Positions 27,962 through 37,254 of a stretch of 62,257 nt of DNA are shown piece by piece. The notes below the pieces were generated by a model. It had not been told where the DNA came from and did not search any database. It saw only the letters and a program-made list of their open reading frames with translations. The stretch comes from a virus (Duplodnaviria; Caudoviricetes), in IMG/VR virus record IMGVR_UViG_3300030052_000108, positions 1-62,257 of that record. One strand, 5' to 3'. The stretch's first letter is position 1. Each line of letters begins with the position of its first letter. A program made the translations under genes and the position numbers.

Positions 27962-28149
27962 AACGAGCAAACCCAGCACAGCTACGCCAATCCCTTGAGG
28001 CTGCCAGCGCCCTGGTCAAGCACGGAATCCGTTTCGTGTGCATGCCGGTGGTGGATGAGGCGGACGGTGTGAACCTTTCGAGCCAGGCCGCCGAGCGCCT
28101 GGAGCGCATGGTGGTGATCGCAGAAGCTGCGGAGGTGAGTCATGGCTGA
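27958..28149 (+). CDS. Hypothetical protein
   Basis: ATGA coupling; GIRFVCMPV. Confidence 0.65.
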   Translation: MKRANPAQLRQSLEAASALVKHGIRFVCMPVVDEADGVNLSSQAAERLERMVVIAEAAEVSHG

Positions 28150-28729
28150 GCTCGCCCTTATCCGCACTGCCCACGGTTTAATGCCGGCCACCGAGGCTGA
28201 CCGTGAGCTGACCCAGAAGTGGAAGCTAGGCCAGGTCGTCCATGGCAAGTTCACGCGTATGCGTAACGCCAAGTTCCACGGCAAGTTCTTCTCCATGCTG
28301 GATCTGGCGTGGGAGTACTGGGAGCCGGTCGGCGGCCTGGTGCCGCGTCAGGAGTTGCGCGGTATCCAGGGGTTGGCCAAGTTCTTTGAGGCGCAGAGCG
28401 GAAAGCCCGGGCAGTTGTCGCATGCGGTTGATGCGTACATCACCGGCCTAGAGTCGGCCAGGGCTGAGCGCTTTCCTGCCGTGGACAAGTCCCGCGAAGC
28501 ATTCCGTGAATGGGTGACTATCGAAGCCGGTCACTTTCACCTGGTGCGAACGCCCGACGGCGTGCGCAAGGAAGCCAAATCGATCAGTTGGGCCTCCATG
28601 GATGATACAGCCTTCGAACCCCTTTACCGCGACGTGTTCAACGCCTGCTGGCGTCTGGTCCTGTCCGCCCACTTCGAAACCGAAGAGGCAGCCCTGAGTG
28701 CTGCTGACCAGATCGGGAGCTACGCATGA
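28142..28729 (+). CDS. DUF1367 family nin-region protein
   Basis: RN.KFH.KFF..L, FREWV...AG, KSIS...MD...FE.LY. Confidence 0.8.
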   Translation: MAELALIRTAHGLMPATEADRELTQKWKLGQVVHGKFTRMRNAKFHGKFFSMLDLAWEYWEPVGGLVPRQELRGIQGLAKFFEAQSGKPGQLSHAVDAYITGLESARAERFPAVDKSREAFREWVTIEAGHFHLVRTPDGVRKEAKSISWASMDDTAFEPLYRDVFNACWRLVLSAHFETEEAALSAADQIGSYA

Positions 28730-29007
28730 ACCAGAAATTCACCTTGCGTTACATCGCCTGGCAGGTGTCCATCGGCATGTTTGACCTCGACATGTACATG
28801 GAAGCATGGAAGGGCGCCTGCCGGTTCCTGTATGCCGTAACAGCCTTCGCGATCCGCCTGCTGATGCTGGTCACCTTTCCCGTATCAGTGCCTTTCCTGT
28901 GGGGATTCTTCCGCGTGATGGAGCCGATCAATAAGAAACGGCGCAAGGCCCGCAATGAAAAAGCCAGGCAGGCGCACATCGACAGTTTGCGGAGAAACCA
29001 GGAATGA
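28726..29007 (+). CDS. Hypothetical membrane-associated protein
   Basis: Coupled ORF with hydrophobic centre. Confidence 0.6.
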   Translation: MNQKFTLRYIAWQVSIGMFDLDMYMEAWKGACRFLYAVTAFAIRLLMLVTFPVSVPFLWGFFRVMEPINKKRRKARNEKARQAHIDSLRRNQE

Positions 29008-29645
29008 CCATTGAGCGCAAACAGCCAAAGGCCAAGACCTGCAAGAACCCAGCATGCAGGGCCTCGTTCGTCCCGCAGCGCCTCGGGCAGGCGGTGTGCA
29101 GTCCGAAGTGCGGCCTGGCTATCAAGGAAGTGAATCAGGCGAAGGCGCGCAAGTCGCTGGCCCAGGTTGGCCGCGCCGAGATCAAGGTGCGCAAGGAAGC
29201 GCTCAAGACTCGGGCCGACCACCTCAAGGATGCAGAGAAGGCCGTGCGCGACTACCGCCGCACCTACGAACTGAGCATCGGCAGCGGCTGTATCAGTTGC
29301 GGCGAGTCGCAGGAGTCGATTCTGGCGGCCCAGGGTTGGAAGACTGGCGGCGCATTCGATGCGGGGCATTTCCTCGGCAAGGGTGCCAGGCCAGAGCTCA
29401 GGCTTGTGCCCAGCAATATCTGGCTCCAGTGCAAAAGCTGTAACGCGGGTTCCTCGAAGTTCGCCCGAAAAGGCGAGACGGTTTCCCAGGGTTTCCGCAC
29501 CGGCCTCATCTCTCGCATCGGCCTGGAGGCTGTCGAGGCGCTGGAAGCCGACCACGCGCCGCGCAAGGAAACCATAGAGCAACTGAAGGCTATCACCGCC
29601 GAGTACCGGGCAAAGACCAGAGAACTGAAGAGGGCTGCAGCATGA
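29004..29645 (+). CDS. ninG: NinG/Rap recombination endonuclease
   Basis: CxxxxC, CSPKC, CISCG, DAGHF, QCKSCN. Confidence 0.92.
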   Translation: MTIERKQPKAKTCKNPACRASFVPQRLGQAVCSPKCGLAIKEVNQAKARKSLAQVGRAEIKVRKEALKTRADHLKDAEKAVRDYRRTYELSIGSGCISCGESQESILAAQGWKTGGAFDAGHFLGKGARPELRLVPSNIWLQCKSCNAGSSKFARKGETVSQGFRTGLISRIGLEAVEALEADHAPRKETIEQLKAITAEYRAKTRELKRAAA

Positions 29646-29908
29646 GGCAGATTGCGCAAATCACTGGCGGCGCAAGCAGGCCCTCCAAGGGCTGGCTGAA
29701 GCCTATGTTCCCGATCACGGGCAAGGCCCACTACTTCAATCAGGAAAAGGAATTCGCTGCGATCACAGCGCAAGGTAGGGCATATTTCTGGCGCTCGATC
29801 TGCGGAATCGACACGGTAAGCACGGACAAAATGCCGATGTTCGAGCCTGGCAACTGGGACCGCTGCAAAAAATGTGAACTGAAATTGGCTCGGAGGGCCG
29901 CAGCATGA
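29642..29908 (+). CDS. Hypothetical protein
   Basis: Coupled; AHYF...CG...CKKC. Confidence 0.65.
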   Translation: MRQIAQITGGASRPSKGWLKPMFPITGKAHYFNQEKEFAAITAQGRAYFWRSICGIDTVSTDKMPMFEPGNWDRCKKCELKLARRAAA

Positions 29909-30450
29909 CCTATCGCAATGTTGTTTCAGCAGTAGTTCGGGCGCTGGCCGCCGAGACCATCACTTCCGCCGGCGGCTGCGACTTTGAACCCAAGGTGCAG
30001 TGCGCCAAGCAGAAGGGGGGGATCGTCGGCAAGGAGGCGGCGTTTCTCCAGGACTGCTGGGTGTTCGGTAGGTTGCACAAATCGCTCACCCCAGCGCACT
30101 GGCGGGCGCTGGTGGCAAAGTACTCAACCCATACCGACCGCAAGCATGCAGCGATCGCGGAGCTGACTCGCGTGATGCGTTCGCCTGCGCCGGAGCGGTT
30201 CCTGCATTGCGCTGTGGTTACCTGGGCAATGCCTCGGTTGCCAGGCGTGGACGGGAAGCGCTCCACCAACGTCCTACCGGCCGGCTGGTACGAGATGGAC
30301 AACTGGTCAAACGAACCGCATCCGATTAAGACCCAGGAGCGGTGGAGGCGTGACATTCGCAAGGCGCTGGAGCGGGAAGTGGATCAGGCTTTGGTGTCCG
30401 CTCAAGCCCTGCTGGATGCGGATGGACTCATTGATACACAAGCCGCTTGA
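29905..30450 (+). CDS. Probable late antiterminator (Q-like)
   Basis: Last nin-region gene, followed by promoter and terminators; T..RWR HTH-like end. Confidence 0.65.
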   Translation: MTYRNVVSAVVRALAAETITSAGGCDFEPKVQCAKQKGGIVGKEAAFLQDCWVFGRLHKSLTPAHWRALVAKYSTHTDRKHAAIAELTRVMRSPAPERFLHCAVVTWAMPRLPGVDGKRSTNVLPAGWYEMDNWSNEPHPIKTQERWRRDIRKALEREVDQALVSAQALLDADGLIDTQAA

Positions 30451-30591
30451 CGACGAGTGAGCCAATGAGCCATTATCTGTCCATCCTGTCATTCCTGCGT
30501 GTGTAGGAGTTAGGAAAAAAGCCCGGCCACTGTGTCGGGCTTTTTTATGCCTGCCAGAAACGCAAAAGCCCCGACAAGTTCGGGGCTTTTT
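30447..30591 (+). promoter_or_regulatory. Late promoter PR'-like followed by two intrinsic terminators
   Basis: TTGACG...CATTAT with TGAGCCA repeats in the spacer; hairpins with U tracts at about 30516-30547 and 30564-30591. Confidence 0.65.
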
Positions 30592-30740
30592 CGTTGGTGC
30601 GAGAAAAGAGAGGGCGACTCCAGGGAGTGTCTGACCACTTCCTGTAGTCACCAGATCGCAGAACCAGCCTGCAAGCCAGCCAAGGCCCCCTTGCTCTCGA
30701 GAGCGGGACGGAGCCTAGCAGAAATCAAAAGGCATTGCAG

Positions 30741-30926
30741 ATGTTGAAAGAATTCAGATGCGGTAACTGCAAAAGACTTCTCGCCCGTACGGGTGGGTTT
30801 ACAGAGCTCCAGATCAAATGTTCCCGATGCGGGACGTTGAATCATGTGAAGGCCACGAGCCTCGAGCAATCGCCCATGAGCGCCATACGCCCAATTCAGA
30901 GGCCTGAACTTAAATCAGCTCAGTAA
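30741..30926 (+). CDS. Com-family zinc-finger translational regulator
   Basis: E.RCG.C.RLLA.....ELQIKC.RCGTLN. Confidence 0.88.
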   Translation: MLKEFRCGNCKRLLARTGGFTELQIKCSRCGTLNHVKATSLEQSPMSAIRPIQRPELKSAQ

Positions 30927-30937
30927 TGGAGTTTAAA

Positions 30938-31900
30938 ATGGAAAACGCAAACTCGGCGTCTCAAACCTTGCAAGATCTTTGGACTCAAGTAGAACCGGTG
31001 GATAACACCGGCATGCTTCGGCGCGTGGTTTTTGCGCAAGGCAAGTTTTTTGCGGCTGGTGGCAACGGTCTTCCCGCAACCACTCAGCTTGTCAGTGGAG
31101 GCGCAACTGGTACAGCGTGGACCAAGCTTAAGGGCGTCGTCACCTCTAATAGCGGAATGGTCCTCAACGAGCTGTACTGGAACGGTATTGGGACATCGCT
31201 TCAAGCCCTTTCTCAATCCGGCAATCTGATCTTCGGCGACGCAGCACGGCCTGAAAGGGATTGGACAAACCTTACGGCAACTGTTCGCGCGTCCGCGGAC
31301 TTGCAAGGCATTGTGTTTTATCAACCAATTTCCGGTAACAGCTACACCTGGATACTGGTTGGGTCTAACGGTAAAGTCTTTTCCCGTTATAGCGATTGGT
31401 CAGGCCTGGTGGAGCGCACTACGACCTTCACTTCTAGCGAGACTGTGTACTGCGTCAACGTCATTGGCAGTTTTGTGTTGGTTGCGGGATCGAATGGGAA
31501 GCTGCTTAGCGCAGTGAAGATGGCGACGGAAAATCCGCAAACATTCACGCCCAGAACCAGCACCTTTGGCACTAGCACCATCCTTTCCATGAAGCTTTGC
31601 AACGGGAAAATGTTTATCGTTGGTGCGGATGGCAAGATGGCATATTCATCCGATGGGCTTAGCTGGACTGCTGTTGAGGATACCAGTTTCGCTGGAACCA
31701 TCATCCGCGACATTGCTTACGGTAATGGCAAGTATGTAGCTGTCGGCGACGGCGGCAAGACAGCCGTTTCCGAGGATGGGATCGGCTGGGTTCAGCAAGC
31801 CAACACTTTCGCAGGAACCGATATCCGGAGCGTCGCCTACGGCAACGGCAATTTTATAGCTGTTGGTGCAAGCGGCAAGATTGCTTACTGGACTCCATGA
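30938..31900 (+). CDS. BNR/Asp-box beta-propeller protein
   Basis: Repeats IAYGNG.YVAVG..G...S.DG..W; GGAG RBS; no signal peptide. Confidence 0.85.
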   Translation: MENANSASQTLQDLWTQVEPVDNTGMLRRVVFAQGKFFAAGGNGLPATTQLVSGGATGTAWTKLKGVVTSNSGMVLNELYWNGIGTSLQALSQSGNLIFGDAARPERDWTNLTATVRASADLQGIVFYQPISGNSYTWILVGSNGKVFSRYSDWSGLVERTTTFTSSETVYCVNVIGSFVLVAGSNGKLLSAVKMATENPQTFTPRTSTFGTSTILSMKLCNGKMFIVGADGKMAYSSDGLSWTAVEDTSFAGTIIRDIAYGNGKYVAVGDGGKTAVSEDGIGWVQQANTFAGTDIRSVAYGNGNFIAVGASGKIAYWTP

Positions 31901-31923
31901 TCTTCTATCTCCTTGCGTAATAG

Positions 31924-31950
31924 AGCCCAGCCATCGAGCTGGGCTTTTTC
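31924..31950 (+). terminator. Intrinsic terminator after propeller gene
   Basis: AGCCCAGC-catcga-GCTGGGCT TTTT. Confidence 0.75.
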
Positions 31951-32037
31951 ATTTTCGGCCCCGCCACACCCTTCGCTCTAAGCAGGGAGTGCCGTCGGGG
32001 CTGACCTATTTCAAACATGCCCCACGGAGTCGAGCGC

Positions 32038-32376
32038 ATGGAGTATCTACAGCGCCTGCTCGACAAGATCGACAGGTTCGAATTGCTAATCGCGGGCCTG
32101 ATTGGGGCTGTTGTTGCAAGCTGGTGGCACAAGGACGACTTGTCCGACTGGCGCGCCTGGATGATCTTCCTCATCACCGGCATGGCCTGCTCGATCTACC
32201 TGACGAGTATGGTCAGCACCTACCTGGGCGTGACCGAGCCGAAGATCGTCGCCGGTATCGGCTTCCTACTGGGTGCATTCGGCGGCTCGCTCCTGGCGGC
32301 CATCAATCGAGCCATTAAATCCGCTGACCTCTGGGCGCTTATCCGCCAGCGGTTCGGGGGAGGCAATCCACCATGA
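32038..32376 (+). CDS. Holin
   Basis: Three TM helices, 112 aa, at start of the late operon. Confidence 0.75.
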   Translation: MEYLQRLLDKIDRFELLIAGLIGAVVASWWHKDDLSDWRAWMIFLITGMACSIYLTSMVSTYLGVTEPKIVAGIGFLLGAFGGSLLAAINRAIKSADLWALIRQRFGGGNPP

Positions 32377-32717
32377 ATCTTGAACTGATCAACTCCATCG
32401 CCTGCGGCCTTATCGCGCTGTGGGCAGCCTGGTGCGTACTGAGCGGGAAGGTGAGGGACGGCATTCTCGGGAAGCTGATCTATTCGACGATCGCCATCAG
32501 CGGATTCGTCGTCATGGCTCGCAGCCAGAACATCTTCTTCGGTCCGACCACCGCCGGCCTGACCCTGCATGTGTCCCTGGCCCTGGCCGGTGCCCGCCAC
32601 ATCTTCATGGTCACGTACTGGCAGCGAGTGAAGGTCTGGCTGTGTCGGACACTGAACTGCGAGCACTGCCTGCACTGTGACAAGGCGCCTGGTGGTGTTG
32701 AGCGCCGGAGCAAGTAA
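32373..32717 (+). CDS. Second lysis-region membrane protein (holin/antiholin-like)
   Basis: Three TM helices; coupled to holin. Confidence 0.65.
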   Translation: MNLELINSIACGLIALWAAWCVLSGKVRDGILGKLIYSTIAISGFVVMARSQNIFFGPTTAGLTLHVSLALAGARHIFMVTYWQRVKVWLCRTLNCEHCLHCDKAPGGVERRSK

Positions 32718-32739
32718 TCCTTTTCGAGACGTGCTCAGG

Positions 32740-33111
32740 CTATCGCTTTACCAATGTGAGTACTGGCCGCGTGCGTATCTGGTCAGAATTGGTCTTCTTG
32801 GACAGCTCGTTAAGCGAGCCAATCTTTTCGAAAAGCTTTTCCATAGCATTGGCTAGACCTGCGAGCTCAGCAGCTACGGCTGGATCTTTGGCTAAGTCAG
32901 AATTTTTAAAGCTCGAAAATACTTCCGCAATCTTGAGGAAGTGTTCGGATGCTTGGAATAGATCTTTTTTGATTTGTTCCGTATTCACTTTTGGCTCCGA
33001 CGCTTCTGTAGCTAATACCAGGGTGTCGGCAAATATCCTCGCAAGATTAACTCCAGCGACGGACGGCTGAAATTGAATGGCCGATCCGCGCCACGTTTTC
33101 GACTGCGCCAA
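32740..33111 (-). CDS. Hypothetical moron protein (start uncertain)
   Basis: AT-rich helical ORF ending RPVLTLVK. Confidence 0.5.
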   Translation of the reverse strand: MAQSKTWRGSAIQFQPSVAGVNLARIFADTLVLATEASEPKVNTEQIKKDLFQASEHFLKIAEVFSSFKNSDLAKDPAVAAELAGLANAMEKLFEKIGSLNELSKKTNSDQIRTRPVLTLVKR

Positions 33112-33133
33112 ATCGTGGCGCGAGACAGGTCAC

Positions 33134-33343
33134 ATGAAAGTAATCGTAACCAAGCTACTGGGATCGGCTGAAGTCGAGTTCCTGCGTCAGGGTGTGGTCA
33201 TTCATCGTGAGCGGTTCACCGGGAAGACCAACTCACGCTATGAGCGAACGATCGCCACCAAGGAAGAGTTCGACGCCCACCGGTGCCGGTTTGTGACGGC
33301 CATGCCTGCTGATCGGGCATTTCAGTATGAGGTAGCGCCGTGA
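33134..33343 (+). CDS. Small hypothetical phage protein
   Basis: AGGT RBS; operon orientation. Confidence 0.6.
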   Translation: MKVIVTKLLGSAEVEFLRQGVVIHRERFTGKTNSRYERTIATKEEFDAHRCRFVTAMPADRAFQYEVAP

Positions 33344-33362
33344 GCAACGTAACTCGCCCGCA

Positions 33363-33764
33363 TCAGACTTTCGCTCTTTTCAATGAAAGGGCGAGCATGG
33401 CTGTCGAGACTATCCCCGGCATCAGAAATATGCATGTGAGCTGGGGTAGAGTGCGCGTGCAGTACGCGAGAACCATACCCAAAATCATTGCAATCACTGC
33501 TCCCGACGCCAGTAAGCGTGAGTTGCGCACAACGGGTCTGGCCGCCATTGAAAGTGCATAGATTTTCCATGCCGACCATATCGCGAATGCCGAGACGATT
33601 AATGCGCCTATAAGTGCTAGCGTCCCGAGCGGAGGACTCTTGGCCACAAAAATGAGCGGAATAAAGAATGCCACGACGCCGAATGCGAAGAGGATGGTAA
33701 TTGGTAGAAAGGCGCCAACCGCTGCCACTGTCAGTACGATGCGCAGCTTCATCAGGTTATCCAT
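33363..33764 (-). CDS. Four-TM moron membrane protein
   Basis: Hydrophobic; own promoter at 33803-33833. Confidence 0.75.
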   Translation of the reverse strand: MDNLMKLRIVLTVAAVGAFLPITILFAFGVVAFFIPLIFVAKSPPLGTLALIGALIVSAFAIWSAWKIYALSMAARPVVRNSRLLASGAVIAMILGMVLAYCTRTLPQLTCIFLMPGIVSTAMLALSLKRAKV

Positions 33765-33847
33765 TTCCTACACCTTGAGCTCTATAGCTTTATCGGGCGG
33801 ACTTATAACCGGCAACGCGCCCCTATTTCAAGCGTCAGAGAGGACCT

Positions 33848-33961
33848 ATGACAACCAAGCAATCCGACTGGGAGGCAATCGAGCGCGCCAATTCGTGGTG
33901 CGACCAAGGTCATGTCAATAATGACCACGCCCTCTGTCCTGAATGCCCGCTATCAAGCTGA
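33848..33961 (+). pseudogene. Remnant of another terminase small subunit 5' end
   Basis: GAGGA RBS + MTTKQSDWEAIERA, then loss of similarity. Confidence 0.5.
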
Positions 33962-34008
33962 TGCGTTATTCTTCGGGAAATTCAGCAGTGCTCTGAGAGG
34001 TCATCTCC

Positions 34009-34359
34009 ATGCCGCGATTCGAAGCTTTCAGTAATGGGCAGCATATCGGTTGGTCCGATTTAGAGCTCGGCGATCCGCCCATGGGGGTTGCGTTCGGCGT
34101 ATTTGTTCCGGCTCCTGGATATTCCAGTATCCAGGAGCAGGTCAGAGCCTGCGCTCAGTGTGATCAAAGCCATTTCAATTTTACTGTGCGCATAGTGGAC
34201 GGAGAGGAAATTCGTGCTGCAGGAGTGTCCGTTGCGGACTACTCGGCCGATTGCGGGGAAGACGCAATAGAGCTAAGTGTCTTAGGTATCGAGTACCCAG
34301 CATATGGTGATGTCTTTCCTGAGCACGTCGCGGCCTACAAACGCCAATTGAGTTCGTAG
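34009..34359 (+). CDS. Hypothetical moron protein
   Basis: GAGG RBS; LE.GDPPMGVAFG.F...FP.HV..Y. Confidence 0.75.
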   Translation: MPRFEAFSNGQHIGWSDLELGDPPMGVAFGVFVPAPGYSSIQEQVRACAQCDQSHFNFTVRIVDGEEIRAAGVSVADYSADCGEDAIELSVLGIEYPAYGDVFPEHVAAYKRQLSS

Positions 34360-34425
34360 TTACACGTCGGCTTGCTAAAGGCTTTGGAGACCTGGATGTG
34401 CCGCAGGTGAGTGCGGCACGGATGA

Positions 34426-34752
34426 TCAGCTTCGGAAGGGCTCTACTTTCTGGGGCATAGCTGGGAACCACAGCCATTCGCCCTCTTGCACTGGATTGTT
34501 GAAGTTGCGCTTCACCTCGAACACGCGATCATCCCCGTTGCTGCCGGTTACCGAAAGAATGTGCGCCGATTGCCAGCCCTTGAATGGTTCGGTCTTCAGG
34601 CCAAGCCAGCCTGCGCGTAGCACCACGGCGCTCGAATTGTCTGCGCCGGTGTAAATGGTCCGATCGCCTGGGTTAAACGTGAATGGAATACCGACCAATC
34701 GAACCGTTTCATGATCTGAATAGACCTCAATATCTGCAGTAGTTAAGCCCAT
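34426..34752 (-). CDS. Hypothetical moron protein
   Basis: AAGGA RBS; own promoter at 34785-34814. Confidence 0.7.
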   Translation of the reverse strand: MGLTTADIEVYSDHETVRLVGIPFTFNPGDRTIYTGADNSSAVVLRAGWLGLKTEPFKGWQSAHILSVTGSNGDDRVFEVKRNFNNPVQEGEWLWFPAMPQKVEPFRS

Positions 34753-34826
34753 GTTGCTTTCCTTGCTGACGGATTGATCTTCACCAATACCGGCAACGCG
34801 CCACTATTTCAAGCTCAAGGTGATCC

Positions 34827-35450
34827 ATGGACAGGCCTTACCCTCCAGCGTCACTGCTTGAGCTGTCTGAGTTGTCCGACTTCGGCATTCGCCTGACTCC
34901 AGCGCCTGAAGTGTGGGAATGGCTCCAGACCGAGATCCTTGTCGACACCGGCAGTATTCACAACGAAGACCATGCCCACCTACTGGATGCAGACATCCAG
35001 GTCATGTGGGCGTCGTCGAGCTTCGAGAAGCAGGGTAGGACAGTCCTGGGCCAAGCCGAGCAGGTAGCGTTCCGCGCCGGCGGCTGGCAGAAGGCGCGCA
35101 TGGAGCAACAGATGCGTGATTGGTTCGGCGACGTGCCTGCCTTTATCATCACTCTGGCTGCCGACTACTGTGCCCAGTGCAGCGACCTTGAGTTCTGCGC
35201 ACTGATCGAGCACGAGCTGTATCACCTGGCTCACGCGACCGACAAGTTCGGTCAACCAGCATTCACCCAAGACGGCGCACCGAAGATCAAGCTGCAGGGC
35301 CACGACGTCGAAGAGTTCGTCGGTGTCGTCCGCCGCTATGGTGCAAGCCCTGACGTTCAAGCGTTGGTGGATGCTGCAAACAGTCCTGCTGAGGTGGGGA
35401 AATTGAACATTGCGAGGGCCTGCGGAACCTGTCTGCTCAAGTCGGCCTGA
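34827..35450 (+). CDS. Putative phage metallopeptidase
   Basis: HELYH and HDVEEF motifs. Confidence 0.85.
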   Translation: MDRPYPPASLLELSELSDFGIRLTPAPEVWEWLQTEILVDTGSIHNEDHAHLLDADIQVMWASSSFEKQGRTVLGQAEQVAFRAGGWQKARMEQQMRDWFGDVPAFIITLAADYCAQCSDLEFCALIEHELYHLAHATDKFGQPAFTQDGAPKIKLQGHDVEEFVGVVRRYGASPDVQALVDAANSPAEVGKLNIARACGTCLLKSA

Positions 35451-35480
35451 CTTTGACAGTACTTTGACGGATGCCCATCT

Positions 35481-35957
35481 ATGGCCGCACTCAGAGACGA
35501 GGTGAAAGCCTTTGTAGTACAGGCTCTAGCCTGCTTTGACACGCCATCCCAGGTGGTGACGGCTGTCAAAGTGGAATATGGCCTCGACGTAACCCGCCAG
35601 CAGTGTGAGGCATACGACCCAACCAAGTACGTCGGACGGAACCTTCACTTGAAGTGGAGAACCCTTTTCGAAGACACCCGGGCTCGGTTTCGCGAACAAA
35701 CCGCGGAGATCCCTATCGCCAACCGTGCCTATCGACTGCGCGCGCTTGGACGCATGGCCGAGAAGGCCGAGAACATGAAGAACATGGCGCTGACTGCCCA
35801 GCTACTGGAGCAGGCAGCCAAAGAGGTGGGCGACGTCTACGTGAATCGCCGCCTTGAACCTGAAAAGCCTTTGGGCTCCCACGCTGACCAGCAGCACGCC
35901 GTTGCTGAGTACACCCTGGAGCCTGATGAGAATGTCCCCGCTACCCCGTACCTTTGA
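35481..35957 (+). CDS. DUF2280 protein, probable terminase small subunit
   Basis: VQALACFDTPS.V...YDPTK...IPIA.RAYRLR; precedes terL. Confidence 0.85.
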   Translation: MAALRDEVKAFVVQALACFDTPSQVVTAVKVEYGLDVTRQQCEAYDPTKYVGRNLHLKWRTLFEDTRARFREQTAEIPIANRAYRLRALGRMAEKAENMKNMALTAQLLEQAAKEVGDVYVNRRLEPEKPLGSHADQQHAVAEYTLEPDENVPATPYL

Positions 35958-37254
35958 CCCACCGGTAAAGCTGACGCCCAAGCAGGCGAACATTTACTGC
36001 TGGGGCTTCCAGCCTGAGGCCCGTTTCCGCGATGCGGTGTGTGGGCGACGGTTCGGCAAGACGTTCCTGGGCAAGGCCGAGATGCGCCGTGCTGCCCGCT
36101 TGGCTGCGGAGTGGGGCGTAAGCGTCGAGGACGAGATCTGGTACGGCGCACCGACCTTCAAGCAGGCCAAGCGCGTGTTCTGGCGGCGACTGAAGCAGGC
36201 GATCCCCGAAGTGTGGCGTGCGCACCGCCCGAACGAGACCGAATGCTCGATCACGCTCAAGTCTGGTCATGTCATGCGCGTGGTAGGGCTCGATAACTAC
36301 GACAACCTGCGGGGCTCCGGCCTGTTCTTCGTCTTGGTGGATGAATGGGCAGACTGCCCGTGGGCGGCGTGGGAAGAAGTTCTTCGTCCGATGCTCTCGA
36401 CCTGTCAGTACCAGATCCCTGGCGTCGGGATGCGCAAGGGCGGTCATGCGCTGCGCATTGGCACGCCGAAAGGCTTCAACCACTGCTACGACACATACCT
36501 CGACGGAAAGCCTGGTGGCGAGCCTGACCACAAGAGCTGGCAGTACACATCCTTGCAGGGCGGCAACGTTCCAGAGGAAGAGCTCGAGGCTGCCAAGCGC
36601 AAGATGGACCCCCGGACGTTTCGGCAAGAGTACGAAGCTGGCTTCGAAAACTACGCCGGTGTCGTCTACTACACGTTCAATCGTGACGAATGCCGAACCA
36701 GCGAACGAATCAAGCCGGGCGAAGCGCTTCACATCGGGATGGACTTCAACGTCATGAAGATGGCGGCCGTCGTCTATGTAGTGCGTGACGACCTTCCGAT
36801 GGCCCTGGATGAGTTTCACGGCGTGCGGGACACGCCTGAAATGATCGAGAAGATCCAGGCCCGGTTCCCAGGTCACTCGGTGGCGGTATATCCCGACGCC
36901 AGCGGGCAGAACACCAGCAGCAAAAACGCGAGCGAGTCCGACCTTTCGCTACTGAAGAAAGCGAAGTTCACAGTGATCGTCGACTCCACAAACCCGGGCG
37001 TGAAAGACCGTGTGAACTCGGTGAACGCTATGTTCCTGAACGCCTACGGCGAGCGTCGCCTGAAGGTGAACATCGATCAATGCCCCCAGCTAACACTGTG
37101 TCTTGAGCGACAGACCTACACCGACAAGGGTGAGCCGGACAAAGATCCGAAAAAGGGTCACGACCACATGAACGACGCTGCTGGTTATTTCATTGCCAAG
37201 CGTTATCCGATCAAAGCGATCGTCACCTCTATCAAAATGGGATACGCCCGATGA
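35932..37254 (+). CDS. terL: Terminase large subunit
   Basis: GRRFGKT Walker A, VLVDE Walker B, GMDFN and DH..DA nuclease motifs. Confidence 0.95.
   Translation: MSPLPRTFDPPVKLTPKQANIYCWGFQPEARFRDAVCGRRFGKTFLGKAEMRRAARLAAEWGVSVEDEIWYGAPTFKQAKRVFWRRLKQAIPEVWRAHRPNETECSITLKSGHVMRVVGLDNYDNLRGSGLFFVLVDEWADCPWAAWEEVLRPMLSTCQYQIPGVGMRKGGHALRIGTPKGFNHCYDTYLDGKPGGEPDHKSWQYTSLQGGNVPEEELEAAKRKMDPRTFRQEYEAGFENYAGVVYYTFNRDECRTSERIKPGEALHIGMDFNVMKMAAVVYVVRDDLPMALDEFHGVRDTPEMIEKIQARFPGHSVAVYPDASGQNTSSKNASESDLSLLKKAKFTVIVDSTNPGVKDRVNSVNAMFLNAYGERRLKVNIDQCPQLTLCLERQTYTDKGEPDKDPKKGHDHMNDAAGYFIAKRYPIKAIVTSIKMGYAR

Noticed and set aside
33340-33561. 73-aa plus-strand ORF MSNVTRPH...
   Set aside because: Only the first codons look like a phage gene start; the rest is antisense to the four-TM moron, so it is likely a stub
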